DNA of 64,000 nt from Felis catus (Eukaryota). A program made the translations under genes and the position numbers. Below, piece after piece: positions 13,046 to 25,443 of the stretch. The DNA is taken from contig NC_058368.1 in assembly GCF_018350175.1 (NCBI RefSeq), positions 94,366,001-94,430,000 on the forward strand, written 5' to 3'. Each line of letters opens with the position of its first letter. Position 1 is the first letter of the stretch. Under the pieces are notes generated by a model. That model ran no database searches, was not told where the DNA came from, and saw only the letters and a list, made by a program, of their open reading frames with translations.

Positions 13046-13985
13046 GCATGTGAGCAGGGGAGGCGTAGAAGATGAGGGAAAGAGACAATACCAAGTAGGC
13101 TCCACACTCAGCGCAGAGCCCAGTGTGGTACTCAATCTCACTACTTGAGCTGAAATCAAGAGTCGGACACTCAACCTACTGAACCCCCCCCCCCCCCGGG
13201 TGCCCCAGCAAATACTTTCGTAAGGTTAATAACATCAACTGTAAGTTTTGATTTGTATAACACTTTGGTATGTCAGATAGCCTGTTGGAGAATAATTATA
13301 GCAAGATTTAAAAATACTTTTATTTTTATTTATTTATTTTCTTAATGTTTATTTTTGAGAGAAACAGACAGAACGGGGGAGGGGTAGAGAGGCTGAAGCA
13401 GGCTCCAGGCTCTGAGCTGTTAGCACAGAGCCTGACTCGGAACTCAAACTCAGGAACAGTCAGATCATGACCTGAGCCAAAGTCAGACACTTAACCAACT
13501 GAGCTACCCAGGCTCCCCCAGTCACTTCTTTCATTTTTTTTTTTTTAATGTTTATTTATTTTTTGAAGGAGAGAGGGAGAGACAGAGCATGAGCGGGGGA
13601 GGGGCAGAGAGAGGGGGAGACACAGAATCCGTAGCAGGCTCCTGGCTCTGAGCTGTCAGCACAGAGCCCAATGCAGGCCTCAAACTCATGGACCACAGGG
13701 TCATGACCTGAGCTGAAGTCAGACGCTTAACCAACTGAGCCATCCAGGAGCCCCTTAAAATAACTTTTAAATTGGGGTGCCTGAGAGACGCAGTTGGTTG
13801 AGCATCCGATTCTTGACTTGGGCTGAGGTCATGATCTCACGGTCGTGGGATCGAACCCCCACATTGGGCTCTGCGCTAACAGTATGGAGCCTGCTTGGGA
13901 TTCTCTCTTTCTTTCTCTGCCCCTCCCCCACTTGCTCTCTCTCTCCCTCCCTCTTTCTCAAAATAAATAAAAACTTAAAAAAATA
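12970..13985. mobile_element. Cluster of four CanSINEs (- 12970-13206, - 13318-13519, - 13535-13754, + 13774-13985)
   Basis: Four separate head/tail sets; the first carries (TG)n(AG)n. Confidence 0.9.
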
Positions 13986-14764
13986 TTTTTAGATTTAATT
14001 AAATTGTGATAAATCCATTTTGAGAGGGTATATCTCTGAAGCTAAGCTTTTTTTTTTCTCTTTAACTTAGAATCATTTCTAATGAATCTCTTTCTCTATC
14101 ATAGATCCAGTTAATCAGGAAATCCTAATGCATTTACTTTCAAAATACATCCAGAATTAAACGTTTTTCTAATGTTGACAGTACACCAGTAAACCCCCAA
14201 AACATTCATTTTTTTACTTAAATTTTTTCGTTGTAGCTTTTATTTTATTTAGCAACCCTCATGGGGCTAAAATTGAGGAGAAAATACCATATTTCGTTGC
14301 CTCTAAAATTGCAGATTTCTCTCACATTTTAACACTTTTGAGATTGGGATGCATGTTATATTCTACAGCTTGTCATAATTTAATTGGCAGTGTTTTTCCT
14401 TTTCAGTAGTATGTAACATAATGGTTTTTTAAATAATCAGTTGTAGCTTAGATTTGAAGAAATACCAAAATATGAAGAGTGATCTGTTTACAACAGTTAG
14501 AATTACAAATACAGGTGTTAATAGATTACTTTAGTGTTTAAAATTTTTATTAGCAAATGTATGTATTTAAGTTTTATTATCAAATCAGTAACAACAGTAT
14601 GACCCACAGAAGTACATAAACTGAAATTTTCTAACAATTTAAAATCGGTCATTTCATCATAATTGGCTATTCTGTCATAATAGTTAAAAAGTCATGTCTT
14701 ACAGTATTACAGTTTTTAGAGTAGACCAGTAACTCTGCTTTACTCCCCCTCCATCCGTACTTTT

Positions 14765-14984
14765 TAAAAAAATTTTTTTTTCAACGTTTATTTATTTTTG
14801 GGACAGAGAGAGACAGAGCATGAGCAGGGGAGGGGCAGAGAGAGAGGGAGACACAGAATCAGAAACAGGCTCCAGGCTCTGAGCCATCAGCCCAGAGCCT
14901 GACGCGGGGCTCGAACTCACGGACCGCGAGATCGTGACCTGGCTGAAGTCGGGCGCTTAACCGACTGCGCCACCCAGGCGCCCC
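14765..14984 (-). mobile_element. Young SINEC_Fc
   Basis: TSD tccatccgtactttt at 14750-14764 and 14985-14999. Confidence 0.95.
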
Positions 14985-15983
14985 TCCATCCGTACTTTTA
15001 AAACTCCTGTTCAGTTTCCTTTTGCCTCAAGCGAGAGAAGGAGGAGGTGCTCCTTGCAAAACACATTAAAAATATATATATTTATTGAGCCCTTAACCCT
15101 CTGCAGGGTGATGAGAAGACGGTGCTCTTATCCTTGTCTTCCTGTAGCTTGTCGTTTTCGAGCAGACACCTGTCTGTGTCTCTGTTTCTCTGACAGACAT
15201 AAAACCATTAAAGAACATTACAGTGTTATGTATAGCAAACAATTTTATTATTTTAAAATTACATGAATAATACTTACCTTTCTTTAGAAACAAAGAAGCC
15301 CAACAATACTAAAGACTATATGCTTAAACATTAAAATTCTTCTTTTCTTGTCCCCTTCCTCGTATCCACTCAACCTCATGCCACGCTGTTTCCCTACAGT
15401 CATTTCTCTTCCTAGTTTGGCTAGGTAGGCTTCCAGACTTTTTTCCTATCTATTTTCAAAGATAGGCATAGTTCTCTTGGTCTAGTGAGTGATCAGGTTG
15501 GTTTTTATTTTACACAGTGTTTCTGTGCCTTGCTTTATTAACTTCATGTGTCTTTAGAGTCTCCTGTCAATACGTACATATTCGTACATATCCGTACATA
15601 TACGTACATATCCGCTTTATTCTTAGGTGAAGAATTAAACAGAATGACCTGCCGTATTTTACTTGACCACCCCTATCATCAAATGTTAATGCAAAGTGAA
15701 AAATACTTGGTGCAGAGGACTTCATTTCTAACAGAAGTTAGAGCAAGTAACTTTGATACTCTGCAAACAAGTGACAGTCTGTAGAAAGGAATCTGTATAA
15801 CTGGACCTCCTTTCCTTTTGTCATCTTTTGTTATATGCTTCATTCCATCCGGTGGAGGGCTGGGAACTGTTACAAGTGAAATGTGTTTGATTTAATCTTC
15901 ATTTTAGTCTCCAGAGATTGTGTGCACTTTCCTCAAACCAGGATGCTGCTGTCAGTGAGCTCTTTACATAAATATTTAATAAA

Positions 15984-16090
15984 TGTGTGAGAAGCACCGG
16001 GTGATGTGTGGAAGTGCTGAATCACTAACTTGTACACCTGAAATTAATATTACACTGTATATTAACTGGGATTTAAATCAACACTTAAGA
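15984..16090 (+). mobile_element. Very short carnivore L1 3' end
   Basis: gaagtgctgaatcacta...tgtacacctgaaa; TSD aaatatttaataaa at 15970-15983 and 16091-16104. Confidence 0.8.
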
Positions 16091-16294
16091 AAATATTTAA
16101 TAAACATGGTTTACTGATGGAGTGGTAAAAATTGCTAAAGAAAAACACATGGCTTGTTCTTCAACTTTTGAATTTTAAGATAATTGAGATAAATAATTTT
16201 GAAGAAAATTTGTGTGTAACATTCATTAGATACCCACAATGTACATTATATTTTATAAATAATAATAGAATAATATAGAGACTGTTTATGTATC

Positions 16295-16481
16295 TTTTAG
16301 TGTTTGTTTATTTTTGAGAGAGTATGATTGGGGGAGGGATAGAGGAAGAGGGGACAGAGGATCTGAAGCGGCCTCTGCACTGACAGCAGAGAGCCCGATA
16401 CGGGGCTCTAACGCATGAACCGTGAGATCATGACCTGAGCCAACGTCAGACACTTAACCCACTGAGCCACCCAGGCGCCCC
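16295..16481 (-). mobile_element. CanSINE
   Basis: Consensus-like body. Confidence 0.88.
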
Positions 16482-16885
16482 TAGAGAACATTTAATCTTA
16501 AATAAGTTAAAGTAGTTTTAAGCAAAAGTCTCCAAGTTCTGCACTGACACTTACAATGAGATAGAATTTTTACTATTTAAACGCATGGAAAAAGTGACAC
16601 GCTTCTCTTATCACTTACAAATATCCAACACCTTTGGGCTGCCTCTTAAATTGACCTAAATATGTGCATGGCTATAACCTTTAATATTATTTCTCTGAAT
16701 TACTATGTGACACTCTTTTATTTTTAGCAAGCTTTTGTTTGTTCGTTTTTGTTTTAGTAAATGCACATGCTAAAAGTTTTCAGAACAAATAAACAAAAAC
16801 TATAAAGCGAAAGACAAGTCTCTATTCTTCCTCAGTCCTCCATTTCCATTCTGTAGGTAACTACTATCCTTTAAAAATATTTGCA

Positions 16886-17224
16886 GAAAATTAAAACCAC
16901 AGTGAAATACCACTATATACCTGTTATTAGAATGGCCCAAATCCTGAACACTGACAGCACCTAGTGGTGATAAAGAACTCTCTCATTTATTGCTGGTGGG
17001 AATGCAAAATGGGAAAGCCACTTTGGAAGACAGCATGGTGGTTTCTGAGAAAACTAAACATGTTCATACCATACAATCCAGCAATCATGGCCCTTGGTGT
17101 TTACCCAAAGGAGTTGCAAACTTAAGTCCACAAAAAAACCCGAACACATATGCGTATAGCAGCTTATTTCATAATTGCCAAAACTTGGAAGCAACCAAGA
17201 TGTCCTTCAGTAGGTAAATGGATA
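16886..17224 (+). mobile_element. L1 ORF2 C-terminal fragment
   Basis: ttgctggtgggaatgcaaaatgg...ccactttggaagacag; ggaagcaaccaagatgtccttc. Confidence 0.85.
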
Positions 17225-17407
17225 AAAAGTATTTGCATGTCTTTCCAGGCATTTTCTGGGTATATCCAAGTAGGTGTGTACATGTAATTTTCTTGTATAC
17301 CTCAGTGGGATCATATTATAGGTATTTTTCTATCCCATCCATCTTTTCATTTAATAACCTGTATTACTAAGGAATCTGTAGATGTCTCTCATTAACAGGG
17401 TAGATTT

Positions 17408-17614
17408 CCAAGAAACAGACTCTTAACGCTAGAGAACAAACTGATGGTTACCAGAGGGGCGGGGGTGGGGGGATGGGTTAAATAGGGGACTGGAATTAAG
17501 CAGTGTATGTGTTGTGATGAGCACCTGGTGACGTCTGGAAGTGTTGAATCACTATATTATACACCTGGAATTAATATTACACTAACTGGAATTTGAATAC
17601 AATTTTTAAAAAAA
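17408..17614 (+). mobile_element. Carnivore L1 3' end
   Basis: Matches the L1 3' UTR at about 46350-46560 in this window. Confidence 0.85.
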
Positions 17615-17906
17615 TGGTATAGATTTACCATTTTACAGTTTTGGTTTTTTGTCTTTTTACTGTTACTAACAAAGTTGCTTGATCATTCTTGCACATATAT
17701 CTGTATCTTTTATTATTATCTTTTATTATTTTATTACTATCTTTTATTATTTTCTTAACTCACATCCTTAACTCACATCCTTAAGTCCATTCCTTATTCT
17801 CTTGCAGAACTGTGACTATAATGTATATTATATGATTGTATAAATTAGACTTAGATTTACACACACATAACAAGTATATGCATAAAAAGTTTTCAAGAAG
17901 GGTGTA

Positions 17907-18115
17907 CAGGTTTTCCCTTGCTATCCAAAAAGTAGAGTGTTCCTATAAACCACTTCATAAGCCGAAGTGGCTTAAAGAACTGAAGCAGTACCATTTCATA
18001 GAAGTTGAAAATTCTCTTTGGATTTCTTGCAGTTAACAAAAACAGATATGAGCATAGGTCTTTTGTAAAAGTGAAGGGACTCAAAGGAAACTTTGCGGGA
18101 AGTGGGAGAAACCTG
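17907..18115. mobile_element. Tc1/mariner (Tigger-like) non-autonomous DNA transposon
   Basis: Terminal inverted repeats caggttttccc / gggagaaacctg, both flanked by TA. Confidence 0.75.
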
Positions 18116-19262
18116 TATAAGATGCAATTAACTGTGACTATCTTTGGATAGAGGGACCTACAGAGGTTGAGGGTGGTGGAGACTGTTACTGTTCATACTT
18201 AAGTTTCGGTATAGCTTGAACTTTTAACAATTTCCTTATATTGTGATTTAAAAAAATTAAAATGAAATGAGAAATTCTGGTTTATGTCCATAAGAAGCTA
18301 TGCGGTTGGATAGATAGGGTATATATAGTTAAATCCAAACAAAAAAGCAAAAATACATCATTAATGTGGTATTTGCTACTTTTAAAAACACTTAAATACC
18401 TATAAATAGTCAGGAAAAGGGGCTAAAAACCTATCGAACTCTTATTATAGGTGAACATCAAAGGATTTCAGTAGATGAGCTATGTTTCAAGCATATTGTC
18501 ACCCTTTTATTTCCGTTAAGTCTGTTTCAAGTAAAATTTAAAGACAAAATACTGGAATCTGTCATCCGTATGTGTTAAAGCTAAGCTAAAGCTTTTATCA
18601 TCTTCTTTCTCTTACTAAGTCTGCCAGAAATTCCTCCCAATCAATTCTTGAAACGTGGAAGTTTTCGGTCACTGGACAGTTTCTAAGTGATCCCTCCATA
18701 CCTTACTTGAAAACCATAACCTTGAAAATACTGAACTGGCCTCCCAATTAATACTTCTCATTCCCATATGGTTAATCTCCTGGGACTTATACACATAGTA
18801 CCTCCTTACCTAGAGTACATTCTTTAGGCACTTACTATATTTCTAATAAGTGACATTGTGTTTAAGGATTTAGCTCACAGGCTCTTGTTTATTTATTTTA
18901 TTTTCTCTGGATTTCTGAATTTGCTTTCATAGGAGTTATTTTTACTTTGAGGACAGATTTACATCCTAGACCTTATTAAATTATCATACATTCTTAGAAT
19001 TTCTTGGGTATGACCCACATTTGCGGGCTTCTCATATTTTGATACCTTTAAACTTGGTAGACATTTCTGTAATACCGAAATCGACAATTTCTACTAATCT
19101 GCTTGTGCTTCTGAGATGTTTCTGGAAAGGCAGGAGTAAGTGTATGTAGGGGTGAGCCCCCCCAGAAAGCCTGAGCAAAGTCAGGTTGGTGGAGTTGCTA
19201 CACTTTTATCAGCACTACAGTTTGTGCTTTCTCATGAGAATTTGTTTTAAAAAGAAGAGGGA

Positions 19263-19470
19263 GGGGCACCCGGGTGGCTCACTTGGTTAAACGTATGACT
19301 CTTGATTTTGGCTCAGGTCACAATCTTACGGTTGGTGAGTTCGAGCCCCATGTCGGGCTCTGCACTGACAGCATGGAGCCACTTGGGATTCTCTCTCTGC
19401 CCTCTCTCTCCCTGCCCTTCCCCTGCTTGTGTTCTGTCTCTCAAAATAAATAAACTTAAAAAAAAATAAT
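19263..19470 (+). mobile_element. CanSINE
   Basis: TSD aaaaagaagaggg. Confidence 0.9.
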
Positions 19471-20095
19471 AAAAAGAAGAGGGGAAATTCTACTGTTAAA
19501 ACAGAAGTTTTAATGAATCTTTTGTTGGCCATGGCCTTTCTTTCTGAATACTTTTCCTCTGGATATTACCTGTTAGCTATTGTGAGGACATTATATTTTA
19601 TCACCTAATCACCTTCTTGGCCTTAATTGAATCTTCATAGAATATGGCTAAAAATTAATTTGGTGTATCAGTTTCATGTATTCTTGTTAACAGAAGAAAG
19701 CAAGGATTGGGACTTAGGTTTGAATTGTTTGTTTGCTTCGTATTAGTTTACGTGTCTTGAGGAAGCTGGTTTATTCTCTCAACTGTAACAAAGGTTAATA
19801 TGAGAATTAAATTAGATACTGTTAAATGCAACACCAAAACATAGTTTTAATAAATGGTATCTAGTTGCAGAAGAGGTAGCAGTCAGAAGTAATGATAGTT
19901 AGCCCTAGTAGTTAAAACAGTTGTGACTTCTGGTTTTGTTTTGTTTGTAGGAAAAGTGATTTCTCTAATTCTTTCTTCAAGAATTGTACTTCAGGTATCC
20001 ATCTTTCCAAAATGGAAAATTAGTAAATAATGATAGGATTTAAAAATCATGAATACATTTGTATACAGTCTTATAAAAGAATGAGAAATAATATA

Positions 20096-20310
20096 GGGGC
20101 GTCTGGGTGACTGAGTTGGTTAAGCATCCGACTTCAGCTCAGGTCATGATCTCATGGTCTGTGGGTTCAAGCCCCGTGTTGAACTGCGTGCTGACAGCTC
20201 GGAGGCTGGACCCTGCTCCAGATTCTGTATCTCCCGCTCTCTCTGCCCCTCCCCTACTCGCTCTCTCTCTCTCTCTCTCTCTCAAAAATAAACTTAAAAA
20301 AAAAAAAAAA
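20096..20310 (+). mobile_element. CanSINE, followed by a MIR-like remnant (about 20310-20500)
   Basis: Head, (CT)n, poly(A); actctaccacttattacttg MIR-like core. Confidence 0.85.
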
Positions 20311-20547
20311 TGGAGACTCTGAAATTAGACTGGTATAAATACTGACTCTACCACTTATTACTTGTATGCCCTTTCATACATGTGTAACTACTACCTTATC
20401 TATAAAATAGAGATAAAAACAGTATAGACACCTCATAGGGTTATCGTAAGAATAATTCAGGCAGAGTATGTAGCATAGGACCTAAAAGGTATTATAAAGT
20501 AATTTTATTTTTAAAAAAAACTTCTTTTGGTTAAATATATATTATTC

Positions 20548-20870
20548 AATTTTATTTATTTATTTTTTTAATTTTTTAATTTTTTATTTAAAAAAATTTT
20601 TTTAATGTTTATTTATTTTTGAGACAGAGAGACACAGAACAGGGGAGGGGCAGAGAAAGAGGGAGACACAGAATCTGAAACGGGCTCCAGGCTCTGAGCT
20701 GTCAGCACAGAGCCCAACGCGGGGCTCGAACTCGCGGACCGTGAGATCATGACCTGAGCCGAAGTCGGACGCTTAACCGACTGAGCCACCCAGGCGCCCC
20801 TTCTTTCTTTTTTTTTTAAATCAAATCAAGAGTTGGATGCTTAACCGACTGAGCCACCCAGGCACCCCCC
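20548..20870 (-). mobile_element. SINEC_Fc (to 20800) plus an adjacent extra SINE head fragment (about 20820-20870)
   Basis: ccgactgagccacccagg occurs twice. Confidence 0.9.
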
Positions 20871-21010
20871 AAGTTATTATTTGTTGTTGTTGTTTTTTAC
20901 ATTTCATACTTATAAAATAGCCACAGCAGTTTTGAAACAAAAAGTACTGGAATCATGAAACATTCTTGTAGTGAGTTTTCCTTACGGCCATGTATTATTT
21001 TTTCCTTTAG

Positions 21011-21118
21011 GTTCACAATATTCTTGCAGAAATGGTGATGGGGGGGATGGTGTTGGAGACCAACATGAATGAGATCGTTACACAAATTGACGCCCAGAAT
21101 AAACTGGAGAAGTCTGAG
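21011..21118 (+). CDS. AP3S1: AP3S1 coding exon 5: VHNILAEMVMGGMVLETNMNEIVTQIDAQNKLEKSE
   Basis: tttcctttag acceptor, 108 nt phase 0-0, donor GAG|gtaaga; sigma3A peptide. Confidence 0.97.
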
Positions 21119-24100
21119 GTAAGAATGGAAAGTGCTCTAGGTAATGAAGGTAGAAAGCATGATCACGAATTATGCATGATGTGTAGCTTTCACCGTTTGT
21201 CCTTCAGTATCACCCTTTAAGGACAGCTGAGAGGCTTCTTCAGGTTATAAAAAATGGAATATACATATCTTAGTATGTTCAATGTTCTGTGACTATTATC
21301 CACCTGATAGTGTTGTCTATTCTCTTTTAGTCACAGTTGTAACTGCCTTGGTTAACAAACAGTTCAGATTCTTGTTGCTTGAAAATTAAAGAGATTAGAT
21401 GTTCAAATAATGAAATCAGAATTTGCCCTACAAAAGCTAATTCAGTAATTATCAAGGAAATCCAAGAACTGATATTTTTAAAGACTTATAAATTTAGTGT
21501 CACAGAACTATTTCTGGGACAGGAGAGGAGAGGAAATGGGATTCTCATGAGGAATAGAGCATTTCATTTGTTATGGTTTCAGTTGGGGCTTAGCAAGCCT
21601 GAGTGAACACTGAAAAAAATTCATTGCCTTAATTGCTTAATTCTGGATCCTTCTCAGAGGTCACTTACAAGTTGGCTAAGGCACATATTTTGTACACTGA
21701 TACATGCATTCATGGCTTTTACTGCATTCTAGATGAGAAAGATTTGGTTAGTCATACATGCCTAACTTTGTTCTGTTAGATTAGGTGCATAAGAATCAAC
21801 CAGCACTTTAGCATTGTATACAGTCCTGCTTGAGAATTTTAGTGATTCTTTCCTCAAGTACTGAATATCAATAATAGGTACTGTAGCTGAGCCACTCAAG
21901 TTCACACGATTTTGGTTGTTTCTTGTTATAATAGTGGAAGTTTAGAAAGATGAATAGTCTTGATATCTCATTCAACACTGTATTTGCTACCTTTGATATT
22001 TATAGTCATAACTCAGATTAGAAAAACAAATTGTATATTTATAATTATTAGTTCAAGTTCAGGTGTTTGGTTGATTTAAAGTAAATATTACTATAAAAGC
22101 AGCAAGGTATTAAAAATATGCTAGCATTAATTTACAACAGGTGAGTTCTAAAGAGTTTTTATCTTGTTGGCACTTTACAGGATCAGTTTAACATAATAAT
22201 GCTATGCTCATTGGAATAGAATGAAACATAGGATGATGGATAAATCCAGCATCTGAGAATTAGAAAGAGTTGAAGCTTTGTTGAACATTTTCCAGTGTTT
22301 TCCAATAGCTCTGGATTTCTCTTTATCTCAATTTACCATCCCTATGATTGCCCAAAAGAGATACTTGTAATGGTGAAGAGCTTAAAATTATGATTCTTTT
22401 CAATGACTATGTATAGGCTGTGTGTTCTACGGCCATTTTTAAAATACTGGTTTTTGAAAAGGGAAAACAAACTAGATTAATACAGAAAGCTTTGTTTTAG
22501 GACAAGGTAAAGAGCCAGAATATTATTGACTATAGTTGGTTTGTCTTATTGTTTAGTATAGTAAGAGATTTACTATAACCTCTGAGCTGTAAAGTCTTAA
22601 GTGATAACTTGAAATTTATGTCATCTGTTAAAACTTGCTTTATAAAAATGTATGGATACAGATTTTAAATGCCAAGAGACAGTGACACAATCCATTAATA
22701 ATCTGTCAGAAATGAATGGAAATGTGGTAATTGATGATTTCTGTGTGATTATCTGTAAAAATATATTGACCTTTTGTCTGGAATATTCACATTCCAGGTA
22801 TTTCTTTAACTTCTTTTCATGGATGGAATCCTCCTTTTTTTTTTTTTTTTTTTTTTTTGGCCTTGGTTTGCTGTTTATAATACTGACAGAAGTCATGAAG
22901 GACCTATTATAATTGCATAATGGATATTTGTTTTCTGATTGTCCAGTACAACTTTGTTAATGAGGCAGTTTTTCTTATCTGTGAAAAGCAGTAAAATACA
23001 AAATTTACATTTTCAATGGAAATCATTATAAGAATACTGTAACTTACAAAAAAGTCTTTTCACAGAACCATTTCTATTTAAAATGGTTTTAAGTACTGGT
23101 GAAAAAAGTACTGATATTTTTCATCCACTGATCATCTTTTAACTCGCACAATCTGCTGTTATCTGGTACAAATTAGGAGAAAAAGAAAATCTGGGAATAA
23201 ACCACAACATTGTTTTTTATCAAGTATATCTCTAGATGTGATGTCTGCTAATGTTTTAAAGTAGGATTTTGAATTCAAGTGAGGCCATTTAGTCCTGATC
23301 ATATTTTCAGAAAAATAATGTTGACTTGGTGTAATTTTTCCGTAGTTTTCATACGTATGTTTTGAAGACTACCACCTTTATTCCAGACACATTGAAATCT
23401 CGGAAGTTTTCATTTGGGTTCCATTTCCCTGTTTCTCTTAACTGGGCATTTATACCAAATATATGAATGATTATAGAATCATCCAGAATTATTTGAGGAC
23501 ACACTATAAGCTTTTTTTTATCTGATTCTTACTAACCTTTAGTTAAAATGCAAGCAAACACTTGCCAAGAAAGAATCAAATTCCAGAATATCATGGTTGA
23601 TGAAAAGACCTGGGGGGTATCATTTTTAAGATTAATTTAAGTGATATTTAGAATATCATTTATCTTTTAGAAATCAGCCTAGGTATATTTAAGGTTAAAC
23701 CTCTTGAGATGCAACATGGGTATATCTAGGTGCCTTTACTTTGTCAGAAATTGAAGAGTTTATTATTTTGGCTTAAAGGTAGTATATTTCCAGTGACAGT
23801 TGGAAGTGAACCACCTCAGTTCCCAGTGTAAGCAAAGATCAGTCAGATCTTTAAGGACAGTAGAAACAACCATATGCTCTGAATGTATTTTCATCTATCC
23901 TGATTTGACAGAAAAATGGTTTACTAACAATGGGGTCTGGGAAAAGGTTTAAGCTGGGAGGTTGATGGGTTTGGGAGAAGGTGTCAGAGGCACTCAGGAA
24001 TCTGCCTGAGGAATACAGGACTCCCTGGGGGTGGGGGTAGAGGGGTGGAGTCGGGGAGACTTGTTAGCTTTTACGTATTTCATGTTATTTTTAAGATAAA

Positions 24101-24209
24101 TAAATGGGATAAATGGGTCTGAATATAGTCACTACTTTTTTAAAGTCAGTCTTCTTTTTTTTCCGAACATCCTGATCTTTCTAGCTCTTTCCATTCTTCT
24201 CTCTTACAG

Positions 24210-24250
24210 ACCTTTATCTTTCAATCTCCCAGACAGGACAGGTAGACAAG
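24210..24250 (+). CDS. AP3S1: Candidate AP3S1 alternative cassette exon encoding TFIFQSPRQDR* (stop 24243-24245)
   Basis: ctctttccattcttctctcttacag acceptor, CTGAT branch-like site at 24172-24176, in frame with exon 5, donor AAG|gtattg. Confidence 0.7.
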
Positions 24251-25205
24251 GTATTGCTGACTTTGAGAAAAATGTACTTTAACAAAGGGAAAGCAAAATG
24301 ATGTCAAAGGCAATTAATTATTTAGGCCAGACTCAAAAATTCTTTGTGTTAATGAACCCATGTAGTCCCTGTAGCCAATTTTCCATTCTAGTTTCTCCTT
24401 GTAGTTTCTTCATCTTTTATTGGACTTACTGTATTTTACTAGTATCTCATCGATGTCATGTTTGTTGTGTTTTGTCTGCCTGCATTGTGAAAGGAAAGTA
24501 AATTTTTTGTTCTTTTTTTTTTAACATCGTCATTTAACTGACAAATTACATTTGTAGAAATGACAGTTTACTTTTATATAAAAATTTAGAGTTTATTTCG
24601 AGAATCATATGGTAGAATCAATCTTAATTTAACTCTCACCAGCTAGTTTTTTCTCCATCTTTCAAATTAGAATTCTAACATAAAATTGCCTGCTGAATTT
24701 TGGAAGCTGTGCTTTGAAAACTAAAGGCTTCATGAACCTTTAAAGTTTTGCATACAAAGTGAGAAGCAGTGAAGGCTTAGAATAGTGACTTAAATAGTAC
24801 TTTCTCTCTCCCCATAATGGTTTTCAGTTCCAAAGTCTTAACAGAATTGTTTTTATGTTTTTGACTAACAAGTACATATTAAAAGTGGCCAACAAAAAGT
24901 ATCAGATAACAAGTCTCCTAAAATTGCACTAAATGTTCTAAAAATTGGAATTAAATATTTTGACCAAAATAAAATGGCTTTCCAGCATAGCAACCTTCTG
25001 ACATCCCAAACATACTAGAATAAGACTCAGTAGACTCCTAGCTTCATAAAACTCTATGTTCTCTGACATTTCCTGTGCATTTTTTCACACCCTAAATTAA
25101 CTGTGTAAAGAATTTTTTAGAAATTTCAATCTAAATGATGATGAACAGCTTTTTCTGTACAAAAATCAAAATGCTTATAGGCCTCCATTAAAAAATTTCA
25201 AAGTC

Positions 25206-25443
25206 GGGGCGCCTGGGTGGCGCAGTCGGTTAAGCGTCCGACTTCAGCCAGGTCACGATCTCGCGGTCTGTGAGTTCGAGCCCCGCGTCAGGCTCTGGGC
25301 TGATGGCTCAGAGCCTGGAGCCTGTTTCTGATTCTGTGTCTCCCTCTCTCTCTGCCCCTCCCCCGTTCATGCTCGCTCTCTCTCTCTCTCTCTCTCTCTC
25401 CCAAAAATAAAATAAAAGTTGAAAAAAAAATTAAAAAAAAAAA
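25206..25443 (+). mobile_element. Young SINEC_Fc, the only obvious repeat in the last AP3S1 intron
   Basis: TSD aaaaaatttcaaagt; expanded (CT)n. Confidence 0.95.

Noticed and set aside
17705..17784. Short local duplications (ttttattatt; cttaactcacatc x2)
   Set aside because: Ordinary slippage in AT-rich intron
21119..21220. ORF 21032-21220 continuing past exon 5
   Set aside because: Read-through of a consensus GT donor into the intron; no independent support
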